A stretch of DNA of 64,000 nt, taken from positions 928,001 through 992,000 of the forward strand of contig CAVRVY010000004.1 in NCBI GenBank assembly GCA_963724765.1, in the 5' to 3' direction. How positions within the stretch are numbered: the first letter of the stretch is position 1; every line of letters starts with the position of its first letter. A model generated the notes under the pieces. The model ran no database searches. It saw only the letters and a list, made by a program, of their open reading frames with translations, and was not told the DNA's origin. Positions 31,297-40,305 of the stretch are shown here, piece by piece. Both the position numbers and the translations under genes were made by a program. This DNA comes from an uncultured delta proteobacterium. GTDB lineage: Bacteria > Desulfobacterota > Binatia > Binatales > Binataceae.

Positions 31297-32655
31297 ATGA
31301 GGCGGCGCATCACGGTCCCTCCGCGCGGCTCTCGCGATGCGCGCGCCCGCGCGCGCGCATCCCTGATGGCGCTCGCTCTCGCGGCGGCCTGCATGTTCTG
31401 CCCCGCCGCCCCTGCCCTCGCCAATTCTTTCGGGGCGGTTTGGCGAGTAATCGTGCTCAAGGGCGCGGCGATGCCATCGCTCGTCGGCAGCCCTGAGAGC
31501 CATCTGGAGGTGCTCGCGTTACATGACGGACGCCTGTCGCCGATTCCCTTCCAGATCGATGAAGTCCTGCCCGATGGCCACTACGCGCTGCCCGACGGAC
31601 CCGAGCCGCTCGCCGACGACAGCCCCGGAATTCTCGACCGCGACGATGAAGTCGCGATGATGCTCTCCGACCTGGGCGATCGCGCATCGCCGCCGCTGCG
31701 CGCGCTTCCTGCGGACGCGCTCGAGATCGAAACGCTCGACGCCACAAGCGGAGCGCGTCGCTATGCCTATATCGCGGCCGTGCGGTTGCCGCGTCTCAGC
31801 CACATCTCCTACGTCAACTACGATCCGGCCAACAGCAGTATCGAGGGCGGCAGTTACCGGATGACGTTTCGCGGCGATTTTCCGGTCGGACTCGCGCTCA
31901 AGGACGGCCGCGGCAGTGTCTCGCCGAATCTCATCGAGGGTTCGCAAGTGCGGGTGACGGCGCGGGTGCTGATGCTGTTTAATTTGAGGCTCAGCGCCAA
32001 CGGTGTGACCAACCACGTGCTGGCGTGGCATACCGGGCCGATACGGGTAATTCGGTGCGTGAGCCATTCGGTGAAGTTGATCTTCGGCATCAAAACGCCG
32101 CGCGTGCTCAGCGGAGAGACCTTCTATCGCAACTATGCCGAGGATTCGTTCGTCGCGCAGGCGTTATGGGTGCCGCGCATGTTTTTCGGCAACGTACGAG
32201 TTCGCACATGGCTGGACTTCGTCGGAATCGACGGATTTGCGCTGTCATGGTCCGGGATGCAGCGGCAGCCGCTTGGGCTTGGGGCCGCAAGCGCAGCCGC
32301 TGCGGCGGCGGAAATTTCGCGCGATCCGCCGGAAGTGAAATGGCTCGCCCTCGAGGGCGACGGCAAGATCGTGATGCAGACCTTTACACCGTCACCCGAT
32401 CTGGCGACACTTCGGCGCCAACTTTACTTTTGCGACGGAGCCGCGGCTGCCGACGCATCCGGGCAAGCCTCTGCGGACTGCACCAGCGCCGCGCTTCAAA
32501 TCGGATATTTGGTGACCGGGTGGGAAAATCTCGCGCCCGGAACCCATCGGCTCAATTCGCTGCTGATGGTTCTTCCCGACAGCGCCGAGCCGGACGCGGT
32601 CGCGCATGAGCTCGCGACGGCGCCCCCCGTGAACGTCCGCTCGATACGACGCTAG
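31297..32655 (+). CDS. Hypothetical secreted protein
   Basis: Long ORF with normal codon usage, signal-peptide-like ALALAAACMFCPAAPALA, motifs PIPFQIDE and DRDDEVAMMLSDLG. Start uncertain. Confidence 0.75.
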   Translation: MRRRITVPPRGSRDARARARASLMALALAAACMFCPAAPALANSFGAVWRVIVLKGAAMPSLVGSPESHLEVLALHDGRLSPIPFQIDEVLPDGHYALPDGPEPLADDSPGILDRDDEVAMMLSDLGDRASPPLRALPADALEIETLDATSGARRYAYIAAVRLPRLSHISYVNYDPANSSIEGGSYRMTFRGDFPVGLALKDGRGSVSPNLIEGSQVRVTARVLMLFNLRLSANGVTNHVLAWHTGPIRVIRCVSHSVKLIFGIKTPRVLSGETFYRNYAEDSFVAQALWVPRMFFGNVRVRTWLDFVGIDGFALSWSGMQRQPLGLGAASAAAAAAEISRDPPEVKWLALEGDGKIVMQTFTPSPDLATLRRQLYFCDGAAAADASGQASADCTSAALQIGYLVTGWENLAPGTHRLNSLLMVLPDSAEPDAVAHELATAPPVNVRSIRR

Positions 32656-32666
32656 GCCGGCGGTGC

Positions 32667-33791
32667 TCAGCGGATCGTTCCGAGCTGGCGCAGCAGCGGC
32701 ATGATCTCGCGCTCGAAGCGCAGCGTGTCCTCATAGTACGAGAGCAATACCATGAGCACGCCGTCCATGCCCGAGCGGTAGAGCCGGTCAAGGCTTTCGG
32801 CGACCTGCTCGCGGGTGCCGAAGATCGGCAATGCGCCCGCGCCAAGCGCGAACATCTCGAGCGTGAAGTTGTCGAACGAGCCGCTTTGCGGAAGCAGTCC
32901 GCGCGCCCAGTTCTCGGCCGCCTCGCGATCCACTTGTTCCACGATGCGGCGGCGCTCCTGGTTGGCCTCGCGCTCGGTCTCCCGCCAGACCACGAGCGGG
33001 AAGCAGCAGCACTTGACGCTGCGTCCGTGGCGCGCGGCGCGCGTTTGAAAATCGGCGCTCAGCGCGGCGCTCGCTTCCAGCGAAGGCACGGCGATAAAGG
33101 CCCAATCGCAAAGCCGCGCGACCAGTTCGCGCGCGTCCTCCGATCCGCCGGCGTTGGCGATTGGCGGATGCGGCTTGCGGGTCGGCTGCGGCATCACCCA
33201 TCCGTCGCGAATCCGATACCACTTCGATTCGTGGTTGAAAGTGCCGGGCTCGCAGGTCCATACCCCCTTGACGATTTCGATGTAAGCCGCGGTGCGCTCG
33301 TAGCGTTCGGTGTGCGGCAGTACTTCGATACCCATCATTCCGAACTCACGCTCGCTCCATCCGCTGACCACGTTGAGGCCCCATCGCCCCTTCCCGATAT
33401 GGTCGAGCGTCGCGCCCATCTTGGCCGCGACCAGCGGATGGAAGATCGGCACGTGCACCGTGGAGAAGACCTGGATGCGCTCGGTTATCGCCAGCAACGC
33501 GCCGGCCCAGGTCATGGTTTCGAGCGAGGTGCCGAGGAAGTCGGTCTTGCCCCCGTAGCCCTTCCATTTGGCGACTGGAAAAAGAAAATCGAAGCCGGCG
33601 GCCTCGGCGGCGCGAGCGATCTGCGCGTTCGCCTCGTACGTCCAGTCGTCGGGCACCGGTTTGTAGGTGCTGATCGAGTATGCGTTGCTGCAGTTGGGCA
33701 TGAAGAGTCCCCACCCGAGCGGCGCGCGCTGCTCTCCATCCAATACGGCGCCCGGCGCTCGGGCCGCGGCTCGGCGAACCTCATCCATCAC
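32667..33791 (-). CDS. LLM-class flavin-dependent monooxygenase (RutA/SfnG-like)
   Basis: AEAAGFDFLF..KWKGYGG, STVH..IFHP..AAKM.ATLDHI..GRWGLNVVSGW. Confidence 0.88.
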   Translation of the reverse strand: MMDEVRRAAARAPGAVLDGEQRAPLGWGLFMPNCSNAYSISTYKPVPDDWTYEANAQIARAAEAAGFDFLFPVAKWKGYGGKTDFLGTSLETMTWAGALLAITERIQVFSTVHVPIFHPLVAAKMGATLDHIGKGRWGLNVVSGWSEREFGMMGIEVLPHTERYERTAAYIEIVKGVWTCEPGTFNHESKWYRIRDGWVMPQPTRKPHPPIANAGGSEDARELVARLCDWAFIAVPSLEASAALSADFQTRAARHGRSVKCCCFPLVVWRETEREANQERRRIVEQVDREAAENWARGLLPQSGSFDNFTLEMFALGAGALPIFGTREQVAESLDRLYRSGMDGVLMVLLSYYEDTLRFEREIMPLLRQLGTIR

Positions 33792-33913
33792 TTGATCTCC
33801 ACTCGATTTCCCGCGCGAGCTCCCATGCCACGGTTTCTCTCCAGCGGCTTCCTGGACTGCCGGAAAACTTGCTCCTGCGCGGATTTTGAAATTCGCCGAG
33901 CACTCTCACCTGT

Positions 33914-34477
33914 TTAACCTACCTTGGCGAGCAGGTTGGCCATGTCGTCGGCATGCTCCTCTTCCGTCTTTAGGATGTCTTCCATTAGCCGGCGCGTGGT
34001 CATGTCGTCGTCGCCGAGCCATCGCACGATCTCCGAATACGACTCGATCGCCACGCGCTCGGCTACCAGGTCCTCCTGGATCATCGTGACCAGGGTGTTA
34101 TGCCGCCCATACTCGGAATGGCTGCGCTCCGGAAGCCCCTTGGGATCGAAGTTGGGCTCGCCGCCGAGCTGCGTGATCCGTTCCGCGACCCAGTCCGCAT
34201 GCTGCTGCTCTTCGCCCGCATGCTTGAGAAACTCGGCCCGCGCCGGTTCCGCGTCGAGCCCTTTGGAAAAGTAGAAATGCGACTTGTAGCGCAGGACGCA
34301 AACGATCTCGGTTGCGAGCACGTCGTTGAGCACCTTGATGACCTGTGCGCGGTCAGCGCGATAGCTTTCGGTCACGGCACCGGACTGCATATGCCGGCGC
34401 GCTCGCTCGCGCATCTTCTTGACGTCGGCGACAAAACGTCCCGCCGGAGCGCTGGTCGATTTTTTTCTCTCTGCCAT
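33914..34477 (-). CDS. Ferritin-like / bacterioferritin-family protein
   Basis: Di-iron motifs LATEIVCVLRY, EEQQHAD, EDLVAERVAI, EEEHADD. Confidence 0.9.
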   Translation of the reverse strand: MAERKKSTSAPAGRFVADVKKMRERARRHMQSGAVTESYRADRAQVIKVLNDVLATEIVCVLRYKSHFYFSKGLDAEPARAEFLKHAGEEQQHADWVAERITQLGGEPNFDPKGLPERSHSEYGRHNTLVTMIQEDLVAERVAIESYSEIVRWLGDDDMTTRRLMEDILKTEEEHADDMANLLAKVG

Positions 34478-34531
34478 CGCATTCTCCGTGTGAAACTTGT
34501 CTCTGTGGGTCGCGCTTCCTTAGCTGGTGCG

Positions 34532-35551
34532 CTAGGCGGCGGCGAGACGTTCGATCGCACGCAGGATGCGGGCGCGGCGTTCCTTGGGGTCGGGCGCGAA
34601 CGATTCCGGTTGCAGCGCCGTCGCGGTCACGCCCGCTCTGGCAAATTCGGCCAGTCGCGCGCGGCAATGGTCGACGCTGCCGAAGACGTAAATCTCCTCC
34701 AGCATCCGGTCCGGCACGGCGGCGAGCGCGGCCTTGCGATCGCCGGCGTTCCAGGCCTCGGCGGCGGTCGTGGCCTCGCGATCGAAGCCAATCTCGCGGA
34801 AGAAATTGTTGTACTGCGGCACGGTCATGTAGGCGGTCAGATGGCGGCGCAGCTCGGCGCGCAGCGCGTCGCTATCGTCGTCGACCGCGACGAAAATGCG
34901 GCAGACCACGTCGAGCGGCGCGCTGGCATCTTTGCCGGCGGCGCGCTGGCCCTCGCGCACGTGCGCGATCATCGCAGGCAGCGTCGCCGGCGTGATGAAG
35001 TTGGTGATGAGTCCGTCGGCGATCTCGCCCACCAGGCGGAGCATCTTCTCGCCCTGGGCGCCGAGGTAGATCGGCGGCGGTTTGTCCAGCGTGACGTTCA
35101 TGCGAAAGCCGTTGACCTGCACGGTCTTGCCCTTGAACGTAACCTTCTCGCGGCTGAACGTGCTGCGGATTGCGGCGACGGTCTCGCGCACTCGGGTCAG
35201 CGGATGCTCGAACGGCACCCCCATCCACTGCTGAACGATCACCGGCGACGACGTTCCCAGCCCGAGGATGAGCCGGCCGCCGGAAAGCTGCTGCACGGTC
35301 GCCGCCGACATCGCGATCAAGACCGGCGACCGGGTAAACACCGGCACGATCGCGGTGCCCAGCCGCATATTGGGCGCGAGCATCGCCGCCGCCGCGAGCG
35401 GGGCGAAGGCTTCAGTTGCATACGATTCGAACGACCAGGCGTCGACGTAGCCGCAACGCTCGGCCGTGCGCACCAGGTCGACGAAGTGTTGGTTCTGAAA
35501 GGCTTCGAGCGGGATCGTGATTCCCTGTCGCATCGTGATGTCTATCTCCAT
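34532..35551 (-). CDS. LLM-class (probably F420-dependent) oxidoreductase
   Basis: AERCGY..AW, RLGTAIVPVFTRSP, GGRLILGLGTS, PIYLGAQG.KML. Confidence 0.85.
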   Translation of the reverse strand: MEIDITMRQGITIPLEAFQNQHFVDLVRTAERCGYVDAWSFESYATEAFAPLAAAAMLAPNMRLGTAIVPVFTRSPVLIAMSAATVQQLSGGRLILGLGTSSPVIVQQWMGVPFEHPLTRVRETVAAIRSTFSREKVTFKGKTVQVNGFRMNVTLDKPPPIYLGAQGEKMLRLVGEIADGLITNFITPATLPAMIAHVREGQRAAGKDASAPLDVVCRIFVAVDDDSDALRAELRRHLTAYMTVPQYNNFFREIGFDREATTAAEAWNAGDRKAALAAVPDRMLEEIYVFGSVDHCRARLAEFARAGVTATALQPESFAPDPKERRARILRAIERLAAA

Positions 35552-35776
35552 TGCGCGGCGTCAGACGAAGGCTGGCGCTTCGCGCGTCACGTCTTTATTA
35601 CATGGCGGCGCACCCTGAGGCCAAGCATCAGCGCGAAATGAACGACGCACCTCCCAGGCCTCAATATTTCGGGTTATGTGTCTGAGAGGCGCCCTCAGCC
35701 GGCTTGCCGCCCGCCGGCGGCGTGAATAGGATGCGGCACCTGCGGCGCTCCCTGCCTGGCCGCACCATGCATAACG

Positions 35777-37066
35777 ATGCGCACGAGAGCTGACACCCAG
35801 AACGCATACGCGCCCGCCGGGACTCCAGGCCGGCGCGAGCGAATCTTTGCGTTCGATCGTATTTCGCGCATCTTGCCGACCGAGCCGGACTCGCCGCGGG
35901 CCTGGGTGATCGCGCTGGCCGCGTTTCTCTCGATGTTCACGACCTTCGGGGTCGTCTACAGCTTCGGCGCCTTCGTCAAGCCGATGGCCGCCGAGTTTCA
36001 TTCCGGCCGCGCCGCGATCTCGGCGGTCTTCTCGATAACCGCCTTCATCTACTTTATCTTCGGCGCCGCCGCAGGCCATATTTCGGATCGTATCGGGCCG
36101 CGTCCGGTGATGGTCGCGAGCGCGCTCTTCATGGGCGCCGGCCTCGTGCTGACCTCGCGGATCGATCATCTGTGGCTAAGTTATCTCACCTACGGGATCG
36201 GCGTTGGAATCGGGGTCGCCTGCGGATATGCGCCGATGGTGGCGGTGGTCAGCGGATGGTTCGTGCGCCGGCGCAACACGGCGCTCGGAATCGCGGTCTC
36301 GGGCATCGGCTTCGGCACGATCGTGGGCGCGCCGCTGGCCGCGAAGTGCATCCCGCTCTATGGATGGCGCGCCACGTATGTACTGTTCGGCGTGCTGAGC
36401 GCGGCGCTGCTGCTGCTCGCCGCGGCGCTGGCGAAACGCTCGCCGATCGCGCGCAGCAGGAGCGCACCCAGCACGGGCGAGGCGCTGCGGACGCCGGCCT
36501 TCATGCTGCTCTACGCGTCGTCGTTTCTGTGTTCGGTTCCGCTCTTCGTACCGTTTGTATTTCTGCCGGCGTTCGCGCGCGACCTCGGGGTTAGCGCGGT
36601 CGCGAGCGCCGCGCTGATCGGCGTTATCGGTATCGGGAGCGTCTGCGGACGGCTGGGCCTAGGCACGCTGGCCGACCGGCTGGGCCTGATCGGCCTCTAC
36701 CTGCTCTGCTTCCTGCTGCAGGCGTTGAGCTACGCCATCTGGCTTGGTGCGCACTCCTACCTGATGCTGGTGATCTTCGCGCTGGTGATCGGCATCGGCT
36801 ATGGCGGTTACTCGGCGCTGGCGCCCACGGTGCTGGCGCAGTTCTTCGGGACCAGCAACCTCGGCGCGCTGGTGGGTACGCTGTACACCAGTAACGCGTT
36901 CGGCACGCTTATCGGACCGCCGCTCGCCGGCTTCATCATCGATCGCACTGGAGGCTATCGATGGGCGATCGCGGCCGCGCTCGCGATGGCGACCGCCGCG
37001 TTTTTCGTTTTGCTGCCGCTGCCGAACTGCGAGCTTCCCGACGCCGCGCCTCAGAAGATCGGGTGA
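35777..37066 (+). CDS. MFS transporter (MCT/OFA-like)
   Basis: 12 hydrophobic segments, GHISDRIGPR motif A, WFVRRR..ALGIA.SG.G.G. Confidence 0.92.
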   Translation: MRTRADTQNAYAPAGTPGRRERIFAFDRISRILPTEPDSPRAWVIALAAFLSMFTTFGVVYSFGAFVKPMAAEFHSGRAAISAVFSITAFIYFIFGAAAGHISDRIGPRPVMVASALFMGAGLVLTSRIDHLWLSYLTYGIGVGIGVACGYAPMVAVVSGWFVRRRNTALGIAVSGIGFGTIVGAPLAAKCIPLYGWRATYVLFGVLSAALLLLAAALAKRSPIARSRSAPSTGEALRTPAFMLLYASSFLCSVPLFVPFVFLPAFARDLGVSAVASAALIGVIGIGSVCGRLGLGTLADRLGLIGLYLLCFLLQALSYAIWLGAHSYLMLVIFALVIGIGYGGYSALAPTVLAQFFGTSNLGALVGTLYTSNAFGTLIGPPLAGFIIDRTGGYRWAIAAALAMATAAFFVLLPLPNCELPDAAPQKIG

Positions 37067-38166
37067 TTCTGTATCGATTTGTATTTCGGATACCCGGACG
37101 AGACGCCGTACTCCATCACGCCGTATCCGACCGAATTCCCGTCGCGCACTTCGATCACGTGATCACTCAGCGTGCGCACCAGACGGCGAATCTCCGCATC
37201 GCGCAAATCCCAGCGGTCGTGCTCGACGTGGAGCGGCCCCTTATCGTCGCCCTGCGCCCATCCGCGCAACCCGCCGTACATCCCGGCCTTCAGGTAGTAG
37301 CGGCCGGGCAGCATTTTGATCTGCACGCGCCGTTTGGCGCCGCCCACGAAGGTCATCTCGAACTCGGCGCGGTCGATGCTCTGGCCGAGCGGATCGTCGG
37401 CCCAGGTGATCTCGTGCGCGACGTCGGTGATACGGCGGCGGCGGTCGGCCTGCTGTCCCAGCGGCAGGACCTCTTCGCCGGTAATATAGATGAAGTCGCC
37501 CGGCGCGCGCTCGTTGAAGTACCACTGCAGGCCATGATCGGCGAACTGGATGGTCGACCAGCTGAACAACAGCGGCGGGAAATATGAGAGTGGCGGCTTG
37601 GTCTCGTCGGTATGCAACTCGGCGCGGATGCCCCAGGAGCGGTCGCGCTGTCCCCACCAGGTCTCGGGCTTGAGCTCGTAGCGCTTGCCGCCCACCTTGA
37701 TCCATCCCGAATAGCGCCCGACCTGTTGCGCGCGCGCGATCTGCTCGGCGACCCGGCCGTGGCGGCGGCGGAAATGCGGCTCCTCCTCGTGCGGATTCAG
37801 GGTGGCGTGGAACTCGATATCGAAACTCATCTCCGAATCGTTTTCCGCCAGCACGATTCGATGGCGGCGCAGCCCCTCGAGCACGTGGATCTGTAGCGGC
37901 CCGACGCGGGTCAGCAGCGGGTCAGGCCGCAGCCGGCGCGACATCCGGATATTGTGCTGCACGTTGTCGATGGTCACGCCGGCAAACGCGTCCATCACGT
38001 TCTTGTTGGGGTAATAACCCAAACCGATGTCAAAGATGATGTCGCCGGCGGGCACGGGATGTCCCGTGTACCACATCCGTTCCATCCAGGCCGGATCGCT
38101 GGTGCCGACGTGGTCGAAAGTGGTGGGAAGCTGATGGCCGATGAAATCGTCCTGCGCTGTCAGCAT
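37051..38166 (-). CDS. Conserved hypothetical protein (predicted beta-rich, aromatic-rich)
   Basis: DDF..HQ.P, GLGYYPN.NVMDAF, GQRDRSWGIR; co-transcribed with the APH kinase. Confidence 0.8.
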   Translation of the reverse strand: MLTAQDDFIGHQLPTTFDHVGTSDPAWMERMWYTGHPVPAGDIIFDIGLGYYPNKNVMDAFAGVTIDNVQHNIRMSRRLRPDPLLTRVGPLQIHVLEGLRRHRIVLAENDSEMSFDIEFHATLNPHEEEPHFRRRHGRVAEQIARAQQVGRYSGWIKVGGKRYELKPETWWGQRDRSWGIRAELHTDETKPPLSYFPPLLFSWSTIQFADHGLQWYFNERAPGDFIYITGEEVLPLGQQADRRRRITDVAHEITWADDPLGQSIDRAEFEMTFVGGAKRRVQIKMLPGRYYLKAGMYGGLRGWAQGDDKGPLHVEHDRWDLRDAEIRRLVRTLSDHVIEVRDGNSVGYGVMEYGVSSGYPKYKSIQNHPIF

Positions 38167-38184
38167 ATTCTTGCCCTTGTGCCC

Positions 38185-38676
38185 CTAAGTGTTAGCTCCG
38201 CGCGAGATTTCCGCGAAGAGCGGATTCGCGGTCAGCGCCAGTTCGCGCTTGACCGCCTCGCGCATATAGTTCGTCAACGCGTCCTCGACCGATTGCGCGA
38301 CCGCGGCGTCGAGCGCACCCCGATGCTCCGTCAGCCATTTGAGCACGCCGCAGACCTCGGCCTCCAGCCGATCGCGGCGCGCCTCCAAGTGCTTCGTGTC
38401 GAGCGTGATCGAGGCCGCGGCCGGCGGCGCGTAAGCAGGCGGGCGCTCGACTTGTCCGCGGCACAGATCGTCGATCCGCTTAAGCGCCTCCTCCTGCAGG
38501 CCGACCTGCGCGAGCGTAACCTCGCGCGACCACTCCAGGCGGGGGCGCATGTTGCGCAGCAGATCCATCACCGCAAAAGCCTGGCCGCGAGCGTAGGCGT
38601 CGTCAACGCGCGGAATTATTTCGCGCTCGAGCGCTATGATGATCCCATCGATGAGCCGGTTGAGCGAATTGTTCAT
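38185..38676 (-). CDS. Small helical partner protein of the APH kinase
   Basis: ATG 38676 overlaps the kinase stop (ATGA); all-helical composition. Confidence 0.75.
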   Translation of the reverse strand: MNNSLNRLIDGIIIALEREIIPRVDDAYARGQAFAVMDLLRNMRPRLEWSREVTLAQVGLQEEALKRIDDLCRGQVERPPAYAPPAAASITLDTKHLEARRDRLEAEVCGVLKWLTEHRGALDAAVAQSVEDALTNYMREAVKRELALTANPLFAEISRGANT

Positions 38677-39710
38677 GGTGTCTCGCCCGACAATAGTCTT
38701 TCCAACTGCGCCAGCAGCCGCCATAGCTGCGCGCCCATCGCGGCCATCCGCAGATCGTCGAAATCTCCGCCCTCGAAGCAGTTCGCCGCGCCGACGTGCA
38801 TCACGGCCAGCGTGAAGGTGCCGAATATTTCGTAAAAGGTGACCGCGCGCGGATCAACCACGATTCCGCTCAGCTCCTGGTAGCGCCGGTAAAGCTCCTC
38901 GCGTGCGACCAGATGACACATCAGCGGCGAACGGCCGCGAAACGCCCGCATGCACATCCAGCCCAGGTCTTGATGCGGATCGCCGAGATGAACAAGCTCC
39001 CAATCCAGCATCGCGCTGATGCGCCCGTTGAGCACCAGGAAGTTGCCAATCCGATAATCGCCGTGGATCACGCTGATGCGCGGCGCGCACGGGCTATTGG
39101 CTCGCAGCCACAGGAGCCCCCACTCAAGGATCGGGTAGGGCCGCCGCTCATGCCGCCTCAGATATCGCTCCCAGAAATCGATTTGCGCCGCCGCCGCCTG
39201 CGCTACGTCCCGGGCGCCATCGAGCGCCTCGGCCGGCGTGCCGCGCCACTCGAAACTATGCAGGCGCGCGAGCCCGGCCACGAACTGCTCACCCAGGGCC
39301 GCGCGGGTGGCCTCGTCAAAGGCGGCGCCGCCGCCCGGCACCCATGGCAGCGGCGCCTCACCCTCGACCTTCTCCATCAGAAAGAACGGCGCGCCGAGGA
39401 CCTCGTGCGAATCCGTGTACCAATAGACGCGCGGCACCGGCACGCCGCTGTGCTCGATCGCCTTGAGTGCGACGAATTGGGGAACCGCGCTGTAAGGCGC
39501 GAAAACTCCGTCGGGCGGACCGATGCGAGCGATCAGCTTGCGATGCTGACGCTGGCCGTGCTCCTCCCACGTCGCCTCGAAACCATAGGTGAGCCACGAG
39601 AATCCGACGGAGTAGCGGGTCAATTCGCTAACGCTGACCGGCCCGCCGGTCTGTTTCTCGATGAAGCCGGTCAGACGCGCGCGCAACTCTGTCTCGATCG
39701 GTTGGTACAT
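38673..39710 (-). CDS. APH/ACAD10-11-like phosphotransferase
   Basis: GVPVPRV, GAPFFLMEKVEG, IHGDYRIGNFL, LDWELVHLGDP..DLGW. Confidence 0.92.
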   Translation of the reverse strand: MYQPIETELRARLTGFIEKQTGGPVSVSELTRYSVGFSWLTYGFEATWEEHGQRQHRKLIARIGPPDGVFAPYSAVPQFVALKAIEHSGVPVPRVYWYTDSHEVLGAPFFLMEKVEGEAPLPWVPGGGAAFDEATRAALGEQFVAGLARLHSFEWRGTPAEALDGARDVAQAAAAQIDFWERYLRRHERRPYPILEWGLLWLRANSPCAPRISVIHGDYRIGNFLVLNGRISAMLDWELVHLGDPHQDLGWMCMRAFRGRSPLMCHLVAREELYRRYQELSGIVVDPRAVTFYEIFGTFTLAVMHVGAANCFEGGDFDDLRMAAMGAQLWRLLAQLERLLSGETP

Positions 39711-39957
39711 TAGACGATGTTTCGGAATTTACTCTTTTTTTTCGACTCGCGCGCGCGGGTTGTCGCCGATGGCCGGCGCGGCGAAAACTAGCAAACCGGT
39801 CTGAGCTTGGAAAGCGGCCGCCTTACCCTGAAAAGCGTGCCATTCCTGCCGTGGAAGCGTGCCGCGGATGCCTTGATCGCTGCAGAGTCTCGGCCGAAGG
39901 GATGTTTGCCGGTACTCGGCAGAGACGTTCGTGATCGGCTCCCCTCGCGCTTCAAAG

Positions 39958-40048
39958 TGCAATTTGCGCTCGCGCTTTGCCCGGGTCATTGCGAAATGCA
40001 GTTTCACACCCGTGCAACCTGCAATCGTAAGTGCGATTGCAATATGAA
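39958..40048. promoter_or_regulatory. Putative upstream activator sites (four TGCR-N3-TG(C/A)R boxes) of the kdp promoter
   Basis: TGCAATTTGCG 39958, TGCGAAATGCA 39990, TGCAACCTGCA 40013, TGCAATATGAA 40038, plus inverted repeat TGCAATCG..CGATTGCA. Confidence 0.6.
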
Positions 40049-40077
40049 ATGTTTCCATTTTCCACGATTTATTGATC

Positions 40078-40092
40078 TGGCATGTCTCGTGC
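40078..40092 (+). promoter_or_regulatory. Putative sigma54 promoter of the kdp operon
   Basis: TGGCATGTCTCGTGC = GG-N10-GC; a sigma54 activator gene closes the operon. Confidence 0.72.
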
Positions 40093-40105
40093 GTTGTAAT
40101 AAAAC

Positions 40106-40189
40106 ATGTGGGACTTGATCTTTCTTCTGGCAACGGTCGGCTTCTTCGCCATGAGCTTCGCCTACGTGAAAGGGTGTGAGCGGCTATGA
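40106..40189 (+). CDS. 27-aa hydrophobic peptide upstream of kdpF (KdpZ-like)
   Basis: MWDLIFLLATVGFFAMSFAYVKGCERL; its stop overlaps the kdpF start (ATGA). Not in the ORF track. Confidence 0.7.
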   Translation: MWDLIFLLATVGFFAMSFAYVKGCERL

Positions 40190-40278
40190 GCACTTGGGAA
40201 CTGATCCTGGGGTCCGCCGGCGCCGTCCTCCTGACCGCGTATCTCGTCTACGCATTGCTACGCCCCGAGCGATTCTAG
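40186..40278 (+). CDS. kdpF: K+-transporting ATPase subunit F
   Basis: MSTWELILGSAGAVLLTAYLVYALLRPERF, with the canonical YLVYALLRPERF ending. Confidence 0.9.
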   Translation: MSTWELILGSAGAVLLTAYLVYALLRPERF

Positions 40279-40305
40279 GGGCCATCCTCTCTTCGAGGTC
40301 TCAGA

